Part shown: one piece after another, positions 26,083 through 32,000 of the stretch
Layout of the letters: every line of letters begins with the position of its first letter
How positions within the stretch are numbered: position 1 is the stretch's first letter
From: Candidatus Arthromitus sp. SFB-rat-Yit
Lineage (GTDB): Bacteria > Bacillota > Clostridia > Clostridiales > Clostridiaceae
Length of the DNA stretch: 32,000 nucleotides
Assembly (NCBI RefSeq): GCF_000283555.1
Contig: NC_016012.1
Span: 570,001-602,000 of the forward strand
Direction: 5' to 3'
Notes under the pieces: model-generated
Told to the model about the DNA's origin: nothing
Database searches by the model: none
Seen by the model: the letters and a program-made list of their open reading frames with translations, nothing else
Made by a program: the position numbers and the translations under genes

Positions 26083-26697
26083 TTGGAATGTGTTATTTTT
26101 GGTAATGGAGAATTTAGTGGATTCGACATAGTAAGTAGGTTTGTAGATTTGGATAATACGTTTACCATTGCCGTTGATGGTGGATGCAACTATTTGTTTG
26201 AAGGGAACAAGCGGATAGATTTAGTTATTGGCGACTTTGATTCGCTAAAATATAAAGAAGTCATTTACAATAATAGACATATTTTAAAGACAGATATGGA
26301 TTATAATGATTTGGAAATAGCTATGAATTACTGTTTAGATAACGGGTTTAAAAAAATTTATCTTTTTGGATTTACTGGTAAAAGATCGGATCATTTTCAA
26401 TTTAATATTAGAACTATGCAAAAGTTTATTGAAAGTGGATTAGATGTAGTTATGATTGATGAGTTTAATATTATATGCGGATCTATTGGGTGCAGGATTT
26501 TTGATAGAGGAGAGTATAAATTTTTTTCAATTTTGCCTGTATATAATGGAACTGTTATTTCTATATGTGGTTCAAAATATGATTTGGACAATTTTTCCTT
26601 AAACTTAATGGATACTCTTACCCTTTCTAATGAATGGGTATCTGAAAAAGTAAAAATATCGTCAAACAAATTAATTTTTATTTATTTAATATTTTGA
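26083..26697 (+). CDS. thiN: Thiamine pyrophosphokinase
   Basis: TTG start. GDFDS motif, then GFTGKRSDH. 204 aa. Position after rsgA as in B. subtilis (yloS). Confidence 0.82.
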   Translation: MECVIFGNGEFSGFDIVSRFVDLDNTFTIAVDGGCNYLFEGNKRIDLVIGDFDSLKYKEVIYNNRHILKTDMDYNDLEIAMNYCLDNGFKKIYLFGFTGKRSDHFQFNIRTMQKFIESGLDVVMIDEFNIICGSIGCRIFDRGEYKFFSILPVYNGTVISICGSKYDLDNFSLNLMDTLTLSNEWVSEKVKISSNKLIFIYLIF

Positions 26698-26775
26698 AGA
26701 TCATAAATTTACTAAGCATAAAATATATTGGTAATAAAGTTTTTTTATTTTTGAGATTAAGGAGAGATGAATAAC

Positions 26776-26841
26776 ATGAAGATTATAGCTATAAAACTAC
26801 CTAAATGTTTATCTAAAATAGTTAAAATATTTAAAAAATAA
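26776..26841 (+). CDS. spoVM: Stage V sporulation protein M (21-aa amphipathic peptide), absent from ORF track
   Basis: GGAGAG RBS 9 nt upstream. MKIIAIKLPKCLSKIVKIFKK resembles B. subtilis SpoVM (MKFYTIKLPKFLGGIVRAML...). Same genomic position, directly after thiN. Terminator follows. Confidence 0.8.
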   Translation: MKIIAIKLPKCLSKIVKIFKK

Positions 26842-26854
26842 TATGTTTGTATAA

Positions 26855-26887
26855 TAAAGAGTGTAGTTGTCACTCTTTATTATTTTG
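26855..26887 (+). terminator. Rho-independent terminator after spoVM
   Basis: TAAAGAGTG pairs with CACTCTTTA (7-nt loop), followed by a T-rich run. Confidence 0.7.
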
Positions 26888-27038
26888 TATAGTTATCTAA
26901 AAATAATTAAATTATGAGTAATTTAATTTGACTTATATGGGAAAATATAATTGTAATTGAGTTGATAGTAATAGTACTATTATAATTAGGTATTACAAAA
27001 ATGGACAAATTTAAATATGAAAGGAAAGTGTATAGATA

Positions 27039-27458
27039 ATGTTTAAAATTAATAAGAACGTTTTTAGATGTGGATTACTTGCTTTTGTATTTTGTATTGG
27101 TTCAGTTAATGGTGTAAAAGCTTACGAAGTTGAAATAAGTGAACCTTATACTTGGACATGTCAGATGAGTAGCAAAGCGGAAGAATATGATTTGAATCTT
27201 AGAGAGCAAAGGGATACTAAGCTAAAAGAATTATTGGTTATTGATGACGAAGATTTGGAGAAATATTTAGACGATTATAATTTGTTTTATAATGTTTCTA
27301 TTCAAAAAGGTAAATTAAACGAAGTTGAAGACATTATTACTAAATACGAAAAGGATTATATGTATTATGAATTGTTTTTGTTAACTGGAGATGAAAATTT
27401 AGCTAATGAATATTACACTGATCCTCAGATTTATTTTAGTTTCGAAAAAGCAATATAA
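27039..27458 (+). CDS. Secreted hypothetical protein (139 aa)
   Basis: Signal peptide MFKINKNVFRCGLLAFVFCIGSVNGVKA. The mature part is acidic and Tyr-rich. No family recognised. Confidence 0.55.
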   Translation: MFKINKNVFRCGLLAFVFCIGSVNGVKAYEVEISEPYTWTCQMSSKAEEYDLNLREQRDTKLKELLVIDDEDLEKYLDDYNLFYNVSIQKGKLNEVEDIITKYEKDYMYYELFLLTGDENLANEYYTDPQIYFSFEKAI

Positions 27459-27475
27459 ATGATTTGTAAATTTTG

Positions 27476-27512
27476 AATCCTGTTAAAATTTATGTTTTAA
27501 CAGGATTTTTTT
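27476..27512 (+). terminator. Rho-independent terminator
   Basis: Perfect 13-bp stem AATCCTGTTAAAA / TTTTAACAGGATT, followed by TTTTTT. Confidence 0.8.
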
Positions 27513-27628
27513 ATTAAAAATATTAAATTAAGATAAAAATTAGCTCTAACATATTTTCAATATAAGAATTTTTTGATATAATTTTCAATCGGAATTAAGG
27601 AAAATATATATTTTAAAGGAGTGTTTTG

Positions 27629-28216
27629 ATGGTGGTATTTAGAAAATCTATACTAGCTGGAATTATAGTTTCTATTGCTGCTTACAATTACTTATTAAAT
27701 TATGATACATTATCTAAAATAGTATTTTCAGCTGCGTTGTTAGTAATTTTGGCAATGGATTTGAATTTGTACACGAGCAAAATTGCTAAATGGTGTTGTT
27801 GTAATGAAAATTTATATTGTAAGATTAAAAATATATTTATTATACTTCTAGGTAATATTATTGCTTGTGTTATATTTGGATATTTATTTTCTTTTTTAGG
27901 TGAAACTCATGCTGAGATGATTTGGGAATCCAAGATGAATACACCGTTACTAATTGCACTTTTTAAGGCTGTAATAGTTGGTATACTTATGCAAATTGCT
28001 GTATTCAGTAAGCATGATCTTGTTACCATTGGGGTTGTGTTATTATTTTTGGGAACTAAGACTGAGCATAGTGTAGCAAATGTAGTTTATATGAACGTAG
28101 CTAGAGCTTTTTCTTTAAAGTCTTTATTTTATATTTTGGTTTGTTTGATAGGAAATGCGGTTGGGGGTAGTATTGTATATTTGTTAAATAAAGATGATAA
28201 CTCAATATGTAATTAA
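27629..28216 (+). CDS. Short formate/nitrite-transporter-like (FNT family) membrane protein
   Basis: Multi-TM, about 195 aa. TEHSVANVVYM resembles the FNT S-loop motif (F-E-H-S-I-A-N). AAGGAG sits 7 nt before ATG 27629. Confidence 0.5.
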   Translation: MVVFRKSILAGIIVSIAAYNYLLNYDTLSKIVFSAALLVILAMDLNLYTSKIAKWCCCNENLYCKIKNIFIILLGNIIACVIFGYLFSFLGETHAEMIWESKMNTPLLIALFKAVIVGILMQIAVFSKHDLVTIGVVLLFLGTKTEHSVANVVYMNVARAFSLKSLFYILVCLIGNAVGGSIVYLLNKDDNSICN

Positions 28217-28240
28217 ATTTCCTATTTTTATAGGTAGTAG

Positions 28241-28279
28241 ATCCATTAGAGATGTTTCTCTTATGGATTTATTTTTTTA
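28241..28279 (+). terminator. Rho-independent terminator
   Basis: ATCCATTAGAGA pairs with TCTCTTATGGAT (one mismatch), followed by a T-run. Confidence 0.65.
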
Positions 28280-28342
28280 TTTCAGTAATTATTTAAATAA
28301 AAAGAAAATATATATTAATCATTAATCTATGAGGAGGAAAAA

Positions 28343-30895
28343 TTGGTGAAAGATAATGGATTATTAAATGGATTAACCAAGGAACAAGTTGATAAGAATA
28401 TCAAAGAATTTGGTAAAAATATAATAAAAGAAAATAAGAAAACATCTGCATTTTCAATTTTATTTTCTCAATTCAATGATATTATGATTTGGATTTTAAT
28501 AGTTGCAACTATAATTTCAGGTATTATAGGAGATGTTGCTGATTCGATCGTAATTGTTGTGATTATTGTAATTAATGCTATTCTTGGATTTTTTCAAGAA
28601 TTTAGAACAGAAAAATCATTAGAGTCGCTTAAAAAACTTTCATCACCGACTACAAAAGTTATACGTGACGGTAGCTTAAAAATAATGGATGCGGTTGAAT
28701 TAACCATAGGTGATTTAATTTTGTTAGAGTCGGGTGATAGAATTCCTGCTGATGCAAAAATTATAAAAGGTGAGTTAACTGTAGATGAGTCTTTGCTTAC
28801 TGGAGAATCTGTAGGAGTTAATAAAAGTAGTGATAATAAAGAAGATAGTATTTTTATGGGAACTATTGTCCTAAAAGGTAAGGCATACGCCAAAATTATT
28901 AATATTGGTATGAATACTGAGATGGGTAAAATTGCTAATATGCTCCAAAATATTGATGAAGACAAGTCGCCACTTAAAGAGAGATTAGAAGGACTTGGTA
29001 AGGTTTTAGTTGTTATATGCATATTAATATGTGCTGTTGTTACTGTTATTGGTATAGCAAGAGGACAATCTATTACAGATATGTTTTTAATTGGCGTGAG
29101 TTTAGCTGTTGCTGCGATACCTGAAGGATTACCTGCGATAGTTACAGTTGCTTTAGCTCTTGGTGTTTCTAAGATGCTTAAAAGACATGCTTTGATTAGG
29201 AAACTACCATCAGTTGAAACTCTTGGATGTACATCAATAATTTGTAGTGATAAAACAGGAACTTTGACCGAAAATAAAATGTCAGTTAGGGAAGTTTATT
29301 TTGATGGGAAGATTTATGAAAAAAGAGAAGATAATGTAGATAAAAATGAAATTTTAAAGAAAATATTTGTATTATGTAATGATTTTAATATTAACAAGAG
29401 CGAAAAGAATTTTAAAGATCAAATAATTGCTGATCCTACAGAAAAGGCTCTTATTGAATATTATTTTGATGATGTTGAAAAATTAGATAAGTATTACAAT
29501 TCATTCAGGAAGTTAAGCGAGATTCCATTTGATTCTGATAGGAAAATGGCATCTGTAGTTATGAAAGATATTAAAAGCTCAGAGAACATTTTATTGGCTA
29601 AAGGTGCTCCAGAAAAAATGCTTGCAAATAGTAAATATTATTTACATAAGGGGAATATTGTTGAACTTACTAGTTTCAAAAAACAGGAAATAATTAAAGA
29701 AGTTGAAATGATGTCGCTTAAAGGTCTTAGATGCCTTGGGGCAGGATTTAAGAAAAATGATCTTAACAATAAATCAAATTTAGAGAAAGATCTTGTATTT
29801 GTAGGTTTTTGTTCAATAATAGATCCTCCAAGAAGGGATTCAAAAGATGCTGTTATTAAATGTAAGCAGGCAGGTATAACTACAATTATGATTACGGGTG
29901 ATCATAAAAATACAGCGTTTGCAATTGCTAAAGAACTTCAAATTTGTACAGGAATACATGAGGTTTTAACAGGTAACGATATTGAAAAAATGTCTGATAA
30001 ATCATTAGGTAAAGCAATTGATTCCATAAAAGTTTTTGCTAGAGTTACACCAAAACATAAACTTAGGATTGTTCAGGCATTTAAAGCAAAAGGTAATGTT
30101 GTTGCAATGACTGGAGATGGTGTTAATGATGCTCCAGCTATAAAAGAGGCTGATATTGGTATTTCCATGGGTATATCGGGTACAGATGTAACAAAAGAAG
30201 CGTCTGCCATGATATTAATGGATGATAATTTCAGTACTATAGTTTCTGCGGTTGAAGAAGGAAGAAAAATTTATCTAAATATAAGGAAATTTATAAGGTA
30301 TTTATTGTCATGTAATATTGGTGAAGTTTTAACAATGTTTTTAGCTTCTATATTCAGCCTTCCAAATCCACTTACTCCTATTCAAATTTTATTTGTAAAT
30401 TTGGCAACAGATGGACTTCCTGCTCTTGCACTTGGAGTTGATAATTCACATGATGATATAATGAATCAGCCGCCAAGACCACGAAATGAGAGTATTTTTT
30501 CAAGAGGACTTTGGGAAAAAATTCTATTTAGGGGGACTTTAATTGGAATTAGCACAATATTTACATTTATTATTGGGCTTTATCTTGGTTTTAGTGTGCG
30601 TACTTGTAGAACTATGACTTTAGCAACTCTTGTATTATCACAATTAATACATGTGTTTGAATGTAAATCAGAAACAAGAACATTATTTCAAATTAATTTA
30701 TTGACAAATAAGTATTTATTAATATCAGTTTTTATTTCAGTGATTATGATTTTAGGAATAATATATATTCCATTTTTCCAATCAATATTTAAGACAAGCG
30801 GTATAAATTTAGTGCAATGGGGAATTGTACTATTATTTTCAGGGGTTATATCAGTTTCTAGCAGTTTATTTAATTTGATTAAACGCAAGAAGTAA
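28343..30895 (+). CDS. P-type Ca2+-transporting ATPase (SERCA/PMCA-like, B. subtilis YloB type)
   Basis: TGES, PEGLPA (M4 Ca site), CSDKTGTLTENKM phosphorylation site, and TGDGVNDAPAIKEADIGISMG hinge. 10 TM-type architecture. Start is TTG 28343 or GTG 28346, after GAGGAGG. Confidence 0.92.
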   Translation: MVKDNGLLNGLTKEQVDKNIKEFGKNIIKENKKTSAFSILFSQFNDIMIWILIVATIISGIIGDVADSIVIVVIIVINAILGFFQEFRTEKSLESLKKLSSPTTKVIRDGSLKIMDAVELTIGDLILLESGDRIPADAKIIKGELTVDESLLTGESVGVNKSSDNKEDSIFMGTIVLKGKAYAKIINIGMNTEMGKIANMLQNIDEDKSPLKERLEGLGKVLVVICILICAVVTVIGIARGQSITDMFLIGVSLAVAAIPEGLPAIVTVALALGVSKMLKRHALIRKLPSVETLGCTSIICSDKTGTLTENKMSVREVYFDGKIYEKREDNVDKNEILKKIFVLCNDFNINKSEKNFKDQIIADPTEKALIEYYFDDVEKLDKYYNSFRKLSEIPFDSDRKMASVVMKDIKSSENILLAKGAPEKMLANSKYYLHKGNIVELTSFKKQEIIKEVEMMSLKGLRCLGAGFKKNDLNNKSNLEKDLVFVGFCSIIDPPRRDSKDAVIKCKQAGITTIMITGDHKNTAFAIAKELQICTGIHEVLTGNDIEKMSDKSLGKAIDSIKVFARVTPKHKLRIVQAFKAKGNVVAMTGDGVNDAPAIKEADIGISMGISGTDVTKEASAMILMDDNFSTIVSAVEEGRKIYLNIRKFIRYLLSCNIGEVLTMFLASIFSLPNPLTPIQILFVNLATDGLPALALGVDNSHDDIMNQPPRPRNESIFSRGLWEKILFRGTLIGISTIFTFIIGLYLGFSVRTCRTMTLATLVLSQLIHVFECKSETRTLFQINLLTNKYLLISVFISVIMILGIIYIPFFQSIFKTSGINLVQWGIVLLFSGVISVSSSLFNLIKRKK

Positions 30896-30914
30896 TTTTA
30901 TTATAAAAAATATA

Positions 30915-30957
30915 AGGTAAGCAGTTATTAATAATGACAAACTGCTTACCTATTTTT
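30915..30957. terminator. Bidirectional terminator between the ATPase (+) and the protease (-)
   Basis: Perfect 12-bp stem AGGTAAGCAGTT / AACTGCTTACCT. An A-run lies upstream and a T-run downstream. Confidence 0.8.
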
Positions 30958-30958
30958 G

Positions 30959-31720
30959 TTATTTAATATTATTGTTTATAAAGTCAAGGACTACTTGGGT
31001 AAATAAAAAACCAACTCCGTCTTTTTCACTACCAGCGTTACATAACCCAATAATTTCATTATTTGAATTTAGTATTGGTGAACCAGATTGTCCAGGTTTT
31101 ACTGATGAGTTAAACCAAATAAGATTACTTTCAATTAAGTCAATTTGACCTTTGTCATAAGATAATTTTGGTTGTGATTCACCAGGATATCCGGCAAATT
31201 CAATTTGAGTTTTATTTTCAACTTTTTTAATTTCGTCAAGTGTAGCTAATTTAAAAGTTTCAAGTCCATCATATAAATTTTTTCCATCTTTAGGTTTAAC
31301 TTGAATTATTGATAAATCCACATTTGTTTGATTATAATCATAATTTTCTTGTATAAATGTTATTATGTTTTCAATATCAAAATTAATTGTTTCATTACCT
31401 TTATTTAATGAAACGTATAATGTATCTTTTGTTTCACCTTCTGTAACGTGCCTATTTGTTAAAAGTGTGTTTGGTCCAATGATAACCCCAGTACCATTAA
31501 ATATATCATTTGATTTTGAAATTATAGGAACAATTGATTGATATTTACTAGAACTAACTTCTGAGGCATCTATTAAAGTTCCAGTTGATGCAGAATTATT
31601 AGTAGTGGATGGTGTTACTATTTGGGTATTATTTTGTTGATTTAGACTTTTATTTGAACATTGCACTAAGCTTACACCTAACACTAGAAAGCATAATATT
31701 TTAATAAATTTATTCTTCAT
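30959..31720 (-). CDS. Secreted trypsin-fold serine protease (S1B, glutamyl-endopeptidase/V8-like)
   Basis: Signal peptide MKNKFIKILCFLVLGVSLVQC. Catalytic His in LLTNRHV, Asp in NVDLSIIQV, Ser in PGQSGSP. 253 aa. Confidence 0.8.
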   Translation of the reverse strand: MKNKFIKILCFLVLGVSLVQCSNKSLNQQNNTQIVTPSTTNNSASTGTLIDASEVSSSKYQSIVPIISKSNDIFNGTGVIIGPNTLLTNRHVTEGETKDTLYVSLNKGNETINFDIENIITFIQENYDYNQTNVDLSIIQVKPKDGKNLYDGLETFKLATLDEIKKVENKTQIEFAGYPGESQPKLSYDKGQIDLIESNLIWFNSSVKPGQSGSPILNSNNEIIGLCNAGSEKDGVGFLFTQVVLDFINNNIK

Positions 31721-31873
31721 TTTTTAATTCTTACTCCTTAATTTTAATATGAACTTTTGTTTAGTAACTATTTTAATTATTGTAGCATAAAAAATTTATA
31801 TATTTTATTTGCTTTTTGGATTAGGTGTATTATAATCTAAAATAAAGTAATTGTTAATAGGTGAATTAATTGT

Positions 31874-32000
31874 ATGGGGAAAATAGATTATAGCTCTTTA
31901 AGTAAATTTGATTTTATAGAAGAGCAAAAGAAAAGAGATATTATTTTTAAAAATATACAAGATAAAATGAATTCAAATAGATATGATGATGAATATATAC
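31874..32000 (+). CDS. Unidentified ORF, 3' end outside window
   Basis: AGGTGA RBS about 9 nt upstream of ATG. MGKIDYSSLSKFDFIEEQKKRDIIFKNIQDKMNSNRYDDEYI... stays open to the window edge. Too short to assign. Confidence 0.35.
   Translation, partial: MGKIDYSSLSKFDFIEEQKKRDIIFKNIQDKMNSNRYDDEYI

Noticed and set aside
28594-29022. 142-aa - strand ORF inside the Ca2+-ATPase (also 30688-30888)
   Set aside because: It is antisense to the actuator/phosphorylation domains of a clearly intact P-type ATPase. Its composition is typical of antisense artefacts.
1-32000. CRISPR arrays, tRNA/rRNA genes, IS elements, prophage or defence-system genes
   Set aside because: I saw no spaced direct repeats, cloverleaf-capable GC-rich segments or rRNA signatures. 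I also saw no transposase, integrase, nuclease or ATPase combinations. Every large ORF is accounted for by a conserved housekeeping, flagellar or sporulation family.

Overview
Low-GC Firmicutes/Clostridia-type chromosomal segment from a flagellated spore-former. It is almost entirely + strand and dominated by conserved core genes. (i) 1-8218 is a late flagellar filament cluster: flgL (5' partial), fliW, csrA, fliS, an unusually long fliD, a fliT-like gene, an extra FlgE/FlgG-family gene and two tandem flagellin paralogs. A sigma-D-type promoter and a CsrA-site leader are readable upstream of the first flagellin. (ii) 8318-10751 is a sporulation divergon: a D-Ala-D-Ala carboxypeptidase plus a 66-aa Cys/Gly/Tyr-rich peptide on the - strand, and ytfI-like plus ytfJ on the + strand. 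(iii) About 10.8-14.4 kb is a small accessory-looking patch. It holds a MerR-type promoter driving a decayed MerR::aldo-keto-reductase fusion, an alpha/beta hydrolase with a Cys nucleophile elbow, an orphan 110-aa gene, rpiB and an untracked 48-aa HTH-like mini-ORF. (iv) 14560-26841 is the Bacillus 'ylo' block: remA-gmk-rpoZ-priA-def-fmt-(Zn peptidase)-rsmB-rlmN-PP2C-prkC-rsgA-thiN, followed by an untracked 21-aa spoVM. (v) 27-32 kb holds a secreted 139-aa unknown, a short FNT-like membrane protein, a SERCA-type Ca2+ P-type ATPase, a convergent secreted S1B-like serine protease and a 3'-truncated ORF. I found no CRISPR array, tRNA/rRNA, transposase, integrase or recognisable defence/toxin genes. 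I cannot honestly point to a convincing novel multi-gene system. The least-explained elements are the Cys-rich peptide (8318-8518), the MerR::AKR remnant with its intact promoter, the orphan 110-aa and 48-aa genes, and the expanded fliD / extra hook-family paralog.
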